A stretch of DNA of 64,000 nucleotides, taken from IMG/VR virus record IMGVR_UViG_3300029922_000015, positions 64,001-128,000 of that record. One strand, written 5' to 3'. This stretch comes from a virus. Of this stretch, positions 1-8,340 are shown piece after piece. The first letter of the stretch is position 1. Every line of letters begins with the position of its first letter. The notes beneath the pieces are model-generated. The model was not told where the DNA came from. It ran no database searches and saw only the letters and a program-made list of their open reading frames with translations. Position numbers and translations under genes: made by a program.

Positions 1-120
1 GAAATATTCATAGCCCAAGTGCCAGAATCGCTAGATTCCTCGCACATGGAAATGATAGCTTGTTTGGCATTTTGGAAACCAATCGGCTCCCAATTGCCAT
101 TTAACTTCAAGACTACGGGT

Positions 121-381
121 TTAAGTATGTTGCTCATCTCTCTTCTTATCTTTCTGAGTATTTGTTCTTTTTTCTGTTAGTTCTTTTGTTATCTCCTCGC
201 TTGAACGAGAGAACCACTTTAATAAATTTTCTTTTACAGCCGTTTCAACGGCTTGTAATCCAGCTATTTCAAATTGATGAACTTGCTCTGAGGTTGCCCA
301 TTGATCTTCATCGGGCAACGCTTCAACGACGGCTTTCGTTTTCGCCTTAAAATAAATTTTCCATAGCTCTTCGCCACTCAT
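121..381 (-). CDS. hypothetical protein
   Basis: 86 aa ORF co-oriented with neighbours. Confidence 0.6.
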   Translation of the reverse strand: MSGEELWKIYFKAKTKAVVEALPDEDQWATSEQVHQFEIAGLQAVETAVKENLLKWFSRSSEEITKELTEKRTNTQKDKKRDEQHT

Positions 382-694
382 ATATCCTCTTTTCCCGTAT
401 CATAAAAACTGGCATGTTCTTTGCAATTCCGGCACATGCCTATCCAAATTCCTAAAGTATCATCCCAAAGCACATCGAAATACGATGGCGCGTCGCAGCA
501 TTCCGATAGTAATTCTTTATAATCGGGTTCTGGCAATGGGACTTTATTTGGCATGTTGATGAATCATATTGTACCCAACATAATAATCCCTAGCAGCAGA
601 GAGCGGGCTCATTTTTGGATCATAGGTAATTCTTTCAATATTAAAAGAAGACGGAAGTTTGCCATCAAACAATCGTTCAACCTCTGCAAAGAAT

Positions 695-904
695 TCATGC
701 AACCATTGTTTTTCGTCGGGCATATTTGCGCTTTCTTTTCTTTTTTGGCTTGTTTATCTTAGCCATTTCTAATATAAAAAATGGTTCTCGTTGTTGAGGG
801 GGAAGCTTCATAGCTTCTTCCAAAATCTTTTTGAGTTTATCGGCTTTGGTTAAACGTCTCTTTTTCACGGAGGAAGCACGGCGGGCGAGCCATTTTGATA
901 CCAA
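695..904 (-). CDS. small basic hypothetical protein
   Basis: 69 aa Lys/Arg-rich ORF overlapping the end of the upstream gene. Confidence 0.55.
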   Translation of the reverse strand: MVSKWLARRASSVKKRRLTKADKLKKILEEAMKLPPQQREPFFILEMAKINKPKKKRKRKYARRKTMVA

Positions 905-1389
905 AGGAAAATGGAAGCGGCGAGATTACTCACTTCGGGCGTGGTTAATGTCGCGGCGGCGTCCTCATAATTAATAGAGTCTTCTAACTTGGTGTGTTCA
1001 CCAATAAATTTGCAAATCTCGATGATGTTTTTATCACGACGGTCATATTCAACCCAATCCCGATAAAACCAATCGTTTCCTTGATTTTCGTATATCTCGT
1101 AAAATATGGCGTCAATTTGTTTAGCCAAATCTTCCGGCGTAATCTCAGGAAAGTTATAAAGAAGATGCAAAAACAAACGCATTAGCCTTTTGAAAGGCGC
1201 TCCATATCTTTTGGCGCGAGCCCCGCAGATTTCTAACATGAGTTTAATATCTTCGAAGTCGGACTTTTTCTTCGAAATGACTCTTACTCCATTAAAAGGC
1301 TTTTCTGTGGTTGTTTCCATAGGTTTACAACTTTTCCATTTCTCGTAAGCCCCATCGGCTGCTTCCGTAAAGGCGGAAATAGGTATCAT
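865..1389 (-). CDS. hypothetical protein
   Basis: 174 aa ORF downstream of a TTGACT-N17-TATTAT promoter (~1403-1431). Confidence 0.7.
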   Translation of the reverse strand: MIPISAFTEAADGAYEKWKSCKPMETTTEKPFNGVRVISKKKSDFEDIKLMLEICGARAKRYGAPFKRLMRLFLHLLYNFPEITPEDLAKQIDAIFYEIYENQGNDWFYRDWVEYDRRDKNIIEICKFIGEHTKLEDSINYEDAAATLTTPEVSNLAASIFLWYQNGSPAVLPP

Positions 1390-1439
1390 AAGTGTATTGC
1401 TGATAATACCCTAAGATGAGGGTCTAGTCAAGCTTAAAA

Positions 1440-1531
1440 TGGAAGAGAAAAAGGGATTCGAACCCTTGGAGGACATTTCTGCCCTCGACTCTTTAGCAAA
1501 GAGTTCCGTTAAACCGCTCCGGCATTTCTCC
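1440..1531 (-). tRNA. tRNA-Ser(GCT)
   Basis: cloverleaf, ACTCT-tt-GCT-aa-AGAGT arm, long variable arm, encoded CCA. Confidence 0.93.
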
Positions 1532-1539
1532 ATAAAATT

Positions 1540-1725
1540 TTAATATGAGGTTGGATATTCATCAAATTCCTTTGTGTTTCTCCAAACCATCGTTGTTGAA
1601 TGTACTAACTCTTTTTTGACATCTAAATTAGGCGGAGGGGTTTCGAAATAAGAACCTATATAAGTATCTCCTAACTTATTGTTTCGTATAGAACTTACTA
1701 CCCTATAAGCATAAATATTTGACAT
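1540..1725 (-). CDS. small hypothetical protein
   Basis: 61 aa ORF filling the gap between two tRNAs. Confidence 0.55.
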   Translation of the reverse strand: MSNIYAYRVVSSIRNNKLGDTYIGSYFETPPPNLDVKKELVHSTTMVWRNTKEFDEYPTSY

Positions 1726-1730
1726 AAAAA

Positions 1731-1823
1731 TGGCGGTAACGGTAGGATTCTAACCCACGATGGTTTTTTGGGCCATACCAAGGTTCAAGCTTGGCGCAAT
1801 CAAACGGGCTCTGCCACGTTACC
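1731..1823 (-). tRNA. tRNA-Ser(TGA)
   Basis: CCAAG-ct-TGA-ac-CTTGG arm, long variable arm, CCA. Confidence 0.92.
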
Positions 1824-1827
1824 AAAG

Positions 1828-1915
1828 AGGATAATTGAGGATTCGAACCTCTACCCCGCTCACGCGCGGTCTGTTGTTTTCGAGGCAACTGTGCGGCCTT
1901 TGCACTTAATTATCC
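1828..1915 (-). tRNA. tRNA-Ser(CGA), probable 8/4 fold
   Basis: GGATAATT/AATTATCC 8-bp acceptor, GAGG/CCTC 4-bp T-stem, ct-CGA-aa loop, long variable arm, no CCA. Confidence 0.85.
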
Positions 1916-1918
1916 GTG

Positions 1919-2006
1919 AGGAGACGACAGGATTTCAACCTGCGAAGGCTGTTTAGACCTTGATCGATTTCCAATCGATTCCATTCGGGCGCTCTGGCAC
2001 GTCTCC
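1919..2006 (-). tRNA. tRNA-Ser(GGA)
   Basis: ATCGA-tt-GGA-aa-TCGAT arm, long variable arm, no CCA. Confidence 0.9.
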
Positions 2007-2007
2007 A

Positions 2008-2511
2008 TTAAATTCTATCAGGAAAAGGCATTTCAGTAGCTTTTTCCGTAAACTTACAAATCTTCAAAGTCTTTCGAGACGAACTTTCAAAATTCGCTTT
2101 CAAAATCCCCAAAATCGTATTCCAATCGCCGCCGCCATAACCGCATCCTATTTTATAAGGAATAGTAAAAATTCTTCGGCTAGGCAAATCCTGCAATACT
2201 CGGGTTATACATAGACTAAAAGCCGCGTAATTAGTATAACATTTTCCGCGCCCATAATCAAATTGCGCGTACATATTTGCCACATATTTAATGTGCGAAT
2301 ATCTATCGCTAATTACTTCGGCATAGGAAACGGTTCCCAACTTGCTATCGTCGCCCTTGCGACCGTTACGCGCATCGATTCTATAAGCTTCGGGAATGCG
2401 CCGCTTTATCTCGCGAGCCAACCCCGCGCCCATCGTGCAAAAACAGTTACATTGATGCATCAAACAATCGCTTGGCGTTTTAAAAATGTCAGCTTCGATT
2501 TCTTGAATCAT
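2008..2511 (-). CDS. macro domain (ADP-ribose binding/processing) protein
   Basis: DIF..HQCNC..MGAGLA and PYKIGCGYGGGDW motifs. Confidence 0.9.
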   Translation of the reverse strand: MIQEIEADIFKTPSDCLMHQCNCFCTMGAGLAREIKRRIPEAYRIDARNGRKGDDSKLGTVSYAEVISDRYSHIKYVANMYAQFDYGRGKCYTNYAAFSLCITRVLQDLPSRRIFTIPYKIGCGYGGGDWNTILGILKANFESSSRKTLKICKFTEKATEMPFPDRI

Positions 2512-2520
2512 ATAAAAAAA

Positions 2521-2769
2521 TTAAAAGAAAGTATCGGGAGAAATTAATTCTCCTTTTCTCGGGGTAGTTAAATCTACTAAAATATCATTAGCAATATCTT
2601 CTGGCAATGGCTCTATGTTAAATTTTAGAAGATCATCGCCCTCTCTTTTATGATAAACAATCGGGCCGCTTTTTTTCCACGAAACTCCAGAAAGATCGTG
2701 AAGAGTTGCATGATATAAAGTCATACCGCTTTGTTCTAGGTAAGCTAAAAGTTCTTCTGTTTTTGTCAT
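2521..2769 (-). CDS. hypothetical protein
   Basis: 82 aa ORF between tRNA-Arg and the macrodomain gene. Confidence 0.6.
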   Translation of the reverse strand: MTKTEELLAYLEQSGMTLYHATLHDLSGVSWKKSGPIVYHKREGDDLLKFNIEPLPEDIANDILVDLTTPRKGELISPDTFF

Positions 2770-2773
2770 AAAG

Positions 2774-2851
2774 TGGTGTCCCGAGAGGGAATCGAACCCC
2801 CAATCTCAACCGTTAGAAGCGGCGCATGTACATCCGTTACACCTTCGGGAC
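2774..2851 (-). tRNA. tRNA-Arg(TCT)
   Basis: GTCCCGA acceptor, ct-TCT-aa loop, TTCGATT T-loop, CCA. Confidence 0.9.
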
Positions 2852-2883
2852 TTAAATTATTGTATTATGCAATTTATATTTTG

Positions 2884-3753
2884 TCAAGAACTATGTATAA
2901 AATCAAAAGCTTTTTTTATCCAAATTTTGGGCTCCCGATAACAGTCTTTCCAAGGAATCCTAAGTGTTTCCCACCCTAAATCTTTTAGTATTTTATCTCG
3001 TTGTATATCCGAATCAATTTGTTTTTGAAATCGTTGGTGTTGTTCTCCGTCCATTTCAATACATTTTTTTAAATTAATCCATGCGAAATCTAAGGAAAAA
3101 CGATGTAATATATGCTCTCTTGTATAATTTTTATTTTTAAATTCGTTATAAATTACTTTTTCGAACCATTGTTCGGGATATGAGGACTTACCCTTATTTT
3201 GATTATGCCCTAAAGTATAAGCTAATCCCTTTGAGTGTCTTTCCTTCATTATCAAGGACAGTTTTAATTTAGCGGAATCCGAAAGTTTTGGAAAGTTATT
3301 TTTTGTTTTCTGCCATTGACTTAAACTTTTAATTTTGAAAGTTCCTTTTTTAATAGATTTTCTAATATAGTTTAAGGGAATACCCGTTCTAAAAGATAGG
3401 CTTTTTATATTTATTAATTCGGAATTATATATTTTCTGAGCTTCTTCAAGATTATATTCTTTGGTTTTAGGGCGATGTCTAGAAATTTTCTTTTCCGATA
3501 AAATTTTACTGACCGTCATAAAAGATACGGAGTATTTTTTAGATAGCAATCGCCACGACAATCCTAATAAATAATCTCTAACAATATTGTTTCGGTCTTG
3601 CTCTGAAACCGCTTTCTTTTTTCTATTATTAAATCGGCCACTTCCGATAGCTTTACGAATTGTTCCTATGGGTATATTTAAATCAGATAAATATAAATTA
3701 GGATTGTCATCATAAAATTTTTGAATTTCCGGCCAATTATATTTACATTTCAT
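2884..3753 (-). CDS. DUF559/Vsr-like endonuclease with N-terminal HTH repeats (homing-endonuclease-like)
   Basis: C-terminal SYPE..LDFAW..IEMDGEQH..D..RD..L...GW..LRIPW. Confidence 0.85.
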   Translation of the reverse strand: MKCKYNWPEIQKFYDDNPNLYLSDLNIPIGTIRKAIGSGRFNNRKKKAVSEQDRNNIVRDYLLGLSWRLLSKKYSVSFMTVSKILSEKKISRHRPKTKEYNLEEAQKIYNSELINIKSLSFRTGIPLNYIRKSIKKGTFKIKSLSQWQKTKNNFPKLSDSAKLKLSLIMKERHSKGLAYTLGHNQNKGKSSYPEQWFEKVIYNEFKNKNYTREHILHRFSLDFAWINLKKCIEMDGEQHQRFQKQIDSDIQRDKILKDLGWETLRIPWKDCYREPKIWIKKAFDFIHSS

Positions 3754-3801
3754 GGTATAGGTAATTACACCATAATTGCCTTATTGTCTTTTAAAAGAGC
3801 G

Positions 3802-3886
3802 GGCGATAGACCCGGCTCGAACGGGCAATGTCTTTCGACGCGAATTTCACAAATTCGAGGGTTTATCCATTTCTCCTACTACCGCC
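3802..3886 (-). tRNA. tRNA-His(GTG) with long variable arm
   Basis: G-1:C73 pair, CGAAT-tt-GTG-aa-ATTCG arm, GTC-GAAA-GAC variable hairpin. Confidence 0.88.
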
Positions 3887-3887
3887 A

Positions 3888-4088
3888 TTAAATTGTTCGA
3901 ACGGTTCTAACGTTTCTTTCGTACCATTCTTTCTTAAGATTTTCCATGAGACTTTTATCACCTTTACCGTAAGCGATTAGCGCCTCGCGCGTTCGAGGGG
4001 CCATTTCTGTTTCCTCTAGATCGTCTTCGGTTCGGGGATTGTTTTTAATCGTCTCATCCCAAAGCTGGCTGAATCGTTCGAAAGTCAT
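3888..4088 (-). CDS. hypothetical protein
   Basis: 66 aa ORF, TTGACT-N17-TAAAAT promoter 5 nt before ATG. Confidence 0.65.
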   Translation of the reverse strand: MTFERFSQLWDETIKNNPRTEDDLEETEMAPRTREALIAYGKGDKSLMENLKKEWYERNVRTVRTI

Positions 4089-4695
4089 ATTCTATTTTAC
4101 TACAAGTTTTATCTGAAGTCAAGTTTTTTCTTACTAAAACTATCGAATCAATGAATTGTCTAATTTCCGCATCAGAAAAAATTCCCTTGGCTAAATTAAT
4201 TCCCATGCAAACAAACTGGACATTTCCTTGAATATATCCTAATTGCGAATCAATTCTATCTAAACTAGCGGAGTTAATTTTATTTTTCTGCGTCGGTTTA
4301 AAAGGAACTAGGGATATATAAGTGATAGAACACTTTCCTTGTTGCTTCTCCCATAAATCGAAAAGATATTCTAAGGTTAAATTGGTTTCTCCGTGTTTTT
4401 TTCTTTCTTTTGCTTTTCGTAAAAAATATCTAAAAGGAGAAAACTTATCATTTCTATTCAGTAAGCCTTGTTCCGATAGTTCTTTAATTCTAATTCGGGC
4501 CTTAACAAGATTTTGTTCTCTAAACTCAGGGGTTTGATATTGTTTTAAATGTCTGTAATTATCTTGACCAGAGCACTCGGGGGAACAATACGTTCGTCGT
4601 TTCTTTTTTAAATTTCTTTTATGCTCGCTAGGATTTCTAAAAAAATTATTTCCACAATTTTCACATTTTAATTCTATCAGGCTATTATGTCTCAT
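4054..4695 (-). CDS. HNH-type homing endonuclease with N-terminal zinc finger
   Basis: CENC..YCSPEC; QQGKC..SASLDRIDSQLGYIQGNVQFVC..IN.AK; start reassigned to the ATG after GTGTAA-N8. Confidence 0.85.
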   Translation of the reverse strand: MRHNSLIELKCENCGNNFFRNPSEHKRNLKKKRRTYCSPECSGQDNYRHLKQYQTPEFREQNLVKARIRIKELSEQGLLNRNDKFSPFRYFLRKAKERKKHGETNLTLEYLFDLWEKQQGKCSITYISLVPFKPTQKNKINSASLDRIDSQLGYIQGNVQFVCMGINLAKGIFSDAEIRQFIDSIVLVRKNLTSDKTCSKIEYDFRTIQPALG

Positions 4696-4739
4696 ACGGA
4701 GAATTACACCGTGGAGACGAAGGAGAGAAACTAAAAAAG

Positions 4740-5120
4740 TGGACACGAGCGGAGTCGAACCGCTGTCTTAGAAGTATTTAATACACAATGACTTACAAGC
4801 TTTTCCCATTTTGATTCCTTGTGAAGTTAAAAAGGAAAATGACTTCACACATAATCTAATTGTTAATAATAAAATTCAAGTACAATACGATAAAAACTTG
4901 ATTTTATTCAGATTAAACACATCGCAATCCATTATCTGAGTCCTAAACCGCGACGAAAGCTCCCTTTAAGAAGCTAAGGCTATGTCAGCAACGTTTCCGT
5001 TACGTCCATAGCTGGAACGAGTTTTATTGTCGTTTATTTTTTGATTGCTTTCACAACATTCAATCATAGTTGGCTTGCACTATATATCTTCGACTTCCAA
5101 TCGAAGCCTTTTACGTGCCC
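4740..5120 (-). ncRNA. ssrA: tmRNA
   Basis: GGGCACG/CGTGTCC-A acceptor with G3.U70, GCGG-TTCGACT-CCGC T-arm, tag frame DNKTRSSYGRNGNVADIALAS* at 5031-4966. Confidence 0.92.
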
Positions 5121-5326
5121 TAAATTAGTTCTTTCTTTAATCTTTCAACAGAATCATTAATTCCTAACGCCTCAGACATCGTTGAGGGAGTTTTCGAATA
5201 AAAAGTTCGCCCGTTAAAAACAAATTCCGCCGCCGTCCCGTAGCAGCTTTGATAAATATGACCTTTTCCTGTATATTTAACTGGAAACCAGTTAGCCGGA
5301 TTAATGATATGAAGCTCGGCGCTCAT
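5120..5326 (-). CDS. hypothetical protein
   Basis: 68 aa ORF, start overlaps the upstream stop. Confidence 0.6.
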   Translation of the reverse strand: MSAELHIINPANWFPVKYTGKGHIYQSCYGTAAEFVFNGRTFYSKTPSTMSEALGINDSVERLKKELI

Positions 5327-5586
5327 TTTGTTATTTCTTCCTTCGCCATACTATGAATCTCGGCTAGTTGATCAGCCAACTCGCGCAGAACGCGAGGATT
5401 CAATTGAATTCCATGCAAAGCAATTACCGTAGCATTGAACAATCCTTTAGATTTCAAAAAGATCATTTGATTGCCAATTAGCTTTCCCTCCTTAGATTTC
5501 ATAAAATGCGTGTCGATCATTAGACCTACATTTTTATCCTCTTGAGGGGAAAAAGAGAAAGTGTGTTTTTGAAGGAGTTTGCTCAT
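5323..5586 (-). CDS. hypothetical protein
   Basis: 87 aa ORF after a TTGACA promoter (~5624). Confidence 0.65.
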   Translation of the reverse strand: MSKLLQKHTFSFSPQEDKNVGLMIDTHFMKSKEGKLIGNQMIFLKSKGLFNATVIALHGIQLNPRVLRELADQLAEIHSMAKEEITK

Positions 5587-5636
5587 ACTTCTACTACAAT
5601 ACTACAAGATAAGCTCTTTGTCAAGAGAAAAGAGAG

Positions 5637-5708
5637 AGGTAGCGGTCGGAGTCGAACCGACGATAATGAATTTTGCAGATTCATGCCTTGCCGCTTGGCG
5701 ACGCTACC
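5637..5708 (-). tRNA. tRNA-Cys(GCA)
   Basis: TGAAT-ct-GCA-aa-ATTCA arm, U73, no CCA. Confidence 0.93.
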
Positions 5709-5750
5709 AATGATGCAAGTTATCGCCTTTAAAGGTGGTTCGATGCATTA

Positions 5751-5945
5751 TTAAAGAATATCGAAATCACTAAAACTATGCGCAATCGCATTACGCTCAA
5801 ATGAGTAGAAATAAGATTTTCGGTTTGTCATGGGTTGTTTAAGCTTAACCTTGATAAACCTTTTACCGTTGTAAATATGTATCTTACCGACAAAATTAAA
5901 TTGGCCAAAAAACTCAACGGCGTCTCTTGGAGCGTGTACGTTCAC
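5751..5945 (-). CDS. hypothetical protein
   Basis: 64 aa ORF. Confidence 0.5.
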   Translation of the reverse strand: MNVHAPRDAVEFFGQFNFVGKIHIYNGKRFIKVKLKQPMTNRKSYFYSFERNAIAHSFSDFDIL

Positions 5946-6035
5946 TTTGTTTGATACTTTCTTTGAATTCGGGAGTACAAGGTGTACCTCGCACGATTTC
6001 TACCAATCGAATTTTTTGTTCTGCTGTTAATCTTT

Positions 6036-6317
6036 TCATTTTTCTTTTCTGTAAGACTCACATTTGAAATCTATAATTTTAGAGGCTTGGGCGTGTTGGG
6101 CTAACAACAAATAAACCAATTTCGCGCAAGGGGTAACATCGTCTATCTCGGCTAGCTCCATTCTTGATTCGTGTTGAATTTGATTCCAGCAATTTTTAAG
6201 TAACTCCGCAGAAATATCTACTTGCCCCTGAATCGTTCTCAAGCCAGCCGGAAAGAATAAGACGGTATTATGAGAAGAATCTTCTGGCGTAATCGATTTA
6301 AGTATATCAGAGTCCAT
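6036..6317 (-). CDS. hypothetical protein
   Basis: 93 aa ORF, TTGACT-N17-TATGAT promoter immediately upstream. Confidence 0.65.
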   Translation of the reverse strand: MDSDILKSITPEDSSHNTVLFFPAGLRTIQGQVDISAELLKNCWNQIQHESRMELAEIDDVTPCAKLVYLLLAQHAQASKIIDFKCESYRKEK

Positions 6318-6361
6318 GATCTAGAATCATACCACACTTATTCATTTAAGTCAAGAAAATT

Positions 6362-6557
6362 TTGTTGTAGCCGTAGCCGCGTTTCTGTTTTATCTCTTCA
6401 TTTATCTATGCCTCAACCCGAATATGATCGCGTAACCGACACGCTAATTCTGTTTGAGTTGCTGGTTCCGTGGTAATCGAAATGAATTTCTCCCACGTTA
6501 GGTTATCCAGACGCGAACTTCCTCCAGATTACTCCAGCGAAGAGTCGCTTGCAACAA
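6362..6557 (-). ncRNA. rnpB: minimal RNase P RNA (catalytic domain with vestigial S-domain)
   Basis: GAGGAAGTTCGCG and ACAGAAACGCGGCT (P4), AGCAA, AGATAAATGA; P1, P2 CTCTTC/GAAGAG, P5 CTGG/CCAG, P6 TAACC/GGTTA and P15 CTCAA/TTGAG all pair. Confidence 0.88.
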
Positions 6558-6564
6558 AAAATTT

Positions 6565-6825
6565 TTAACCGTTCGTTGACGGCGCGGGCGTTGGTGCGCT
6601 TTTAGGATTCGGAAAAGCCTTACCCTTTTTCTTCTTAGCGGGATAAGGATATTTTCCTACATTATTAGGATCAACATTATTATTGTTTGTGCTCGGGACG
6701 TTGTAACTATAGCCACTAGTAGGCCAAACATAACCCGCTTTACAAATCGGGCAAATCTTTTTGGGATTTTTCTTGTCCGCCTCGGACATCTTATTTTTTG
6801 ATCCGCAAATGCAATAAGTAAACAT
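6565..6825 (-). CDS. small zinc-ribbon protein
   Basis: CICG...CPIC motifs; GTGTAA-N8-ATG start. Confidence 0.7.
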   Translation of the reverse strand: MFTYCICGSKNKMSEADKKNPKKICPICKAGYVWPTSGYSYNVPSTNNNNVDPNNVGKYPYPAKKKKGKAFPNPKSAPTPAPSTNG

Positions 6826-6844
6826 AATAATATTTACACTAAAA

Positions 6845-6923
6845 TGGTGGGGATAGTCGGGATCAAACCGACGCCGAAGCTTTGAGAGAGCTACATCCTA
6901 ATCAACTATTAGACGATATCCCC
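6845..6923 (-). tRNA. tRNA-Glu(CTC)
   Basis: AGCT-ct-CTC-aa-AGCT arm, CCA. Confidence 0.9.
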
Positions 6924-6929
6924 GTAAAG

Positions 6930-7004
6930 TGGTAGCCCATGACGGTTACGATCCGTCTTTCGAAGCTTGAAAGGCTTCTGAATTAACCATTATTCGAATG
7001 GGCC
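6930..7004 (-). tRNA. tRNA-Glu(TTC)
   Basis: GAAGC-ct-TTC-aa-GCTTC arm, CCA. Confidence 0.9.
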
Positions 7005-7011
7005 AATTAAA

Positions 7012-8097
7012 TTATCTACCTAACAAATCTTTCCAATGCTCTAAACCGACTCTAACATAACTACGAAGAGCTTGTCTTCCGTCTTCGACGGCGTTGTCGT
7101 CGTTTAACAAATATAATCCTGTACGAGCTATGCTTGTCGGGTCTTCACAATTACACCACCAGTCTCGCGGCGTCCATTCAATAGAGCTTCCCACTACGGA
7201 AGGAACTCCCATAGAAATTCCATCGGCGGTTACAACATTGAAGGTTTCATCGAAACTTGGTTGAAGAAGTAAATGCATGTGGGCGACAGTATTCTTAAAA
7301 GTCGGCCAAGACTCCCAAGGCACGTCGATTAACTTCGCATCTCTTTCCCCTACAAATAAATCTAATCTAGATTGAAATAAAAGCCTTTCATAATCCCGAC
7401 GAGAGTTAACGTATAACTCTAAATTTACGCCTAATTGTCTAGAAAGTTGATAAGCGCCCATTGCGGCGGTTAATTGATTCTTCCAAGGGCGAGGAGCGCC
7501 GAAGGAGCCAATACGAATCGTATCTCCTATCTTTCTTTTTCGAGGATATGGATTAACAAAAGAATGGGTATCATAAAGATTTGGAAGATACAAGCATTCG
7601 CAACGATATGTCTTTCTTAGCCATTCGACAAAGCGCGTGTTATTGCCACTCACTTTAACATTAGAAGTTGCTTTTTGTAATTCAATTATTTTTTTATTGC
7701 AAAGAATTCCTGATTCATCTCTATTTCTGTCAATAGAAAGATAGGCGCAACCCGTATGATTCTGGAGAATAAACTCAATATGAGGGAAAGCGTAGGCAAG
7801 CTCTGCCATTTGTTTCGCCGTAATCCAGCTAGGGGAATTAATAATAACGTGACTAGGACGGATAGAATTAAATTGAATAGCGTGATCGTTCGCCGCTTTG
7901 ATTTGAGAATAAACTTCTTCAAAATTTTGTCCCGACCAAATTTCAGCGAAATAACCTTCTCGTCTTAAAACGTTAATATTGTTTTGATTAGTTACCCCAA
8001 GTCCAATATTGGAAATCCCCGGCCCACCGAAGTTTTTAGCGAAGAAAATAACGCGGGCTGTTTCTTTCTTCGGATTTAAATGATGAGGACGATGCAT
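7012..8097 (-). CDS. GT-B (GT4-like) glycosyltransferase
   Basis: FGAPRPWKN and LQPSFDETFNVVTADGISMGVPSV motifs. Confidence 0.8.
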   Translation of the reverse strand: MHRPHHLNPKKETARVIFFAKNFGGPGISNIGLGVTNQNNINVLRREGYFAEIWSGQNFEEVYSQIKAANDHAIQFNSIRPSHVIINSPSWITAKQMAELAYAFPHIEFILQNHTGCAYLSIDRNRDESGILCNKKIIELQKATSNVKVSGNNTRFVEWLRKTYRCECLYLPNLYDTHSFVNPYPRKRKIGDTIRIGSFGAPRPWKNQLTAAMGAYQLSRQLGVNLELYVNSRRDYERLLFQSRLDLFVGERDAKLIDVPWESWPTFKNTVAHMHLLLQPSFDETFNVVTADGISMGVPSVVGSSIEWTPRDWWCNCEDPTSIARTGLYLLNDDNAVEDGRQALRSYVRVGLEHWKDLLGR

Positions 8098-8181
8098 AGC
8101 GTATAATAGATTCTATAATTTTTACACGCCTTTGTCTACTAATATTTAAATTAGTTATTATTAATATTTTCTTAACAAAAA

Positions 8182-8257
8182 TGGTGGCGCAACACAGAAT
8201 CGAACTGTGAATCTGGCCTTATGAGAGCCGCGTGATAACCTCTTTCACCATAGCGCC
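8182..8257 (-). tRNA. tRNA-Met(CAT), elongator-like (Ile2 not excluded)
   Basis: ct-CAT-aa loop, G1-C72 pair, CCA. Confidence 0.85.
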
Positions 8258-8260
8258 GAA

Positions 8261-8334
8261 TGGCAGGACAGCACGGAATCGAGCCGTGACCAAGAGATTT
8301 GGAGTTTCTTGTGCTACCTTTACACTACTGTCCT
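8261..8334 (-). tRNA. tRNA-Trp(CCA)
   Basis: ct-CCA-aa loop, AGGACAG acceptor, G73, CCA. Confidence 0.92.
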
Positions 8335-8340
8335 ATAAAT

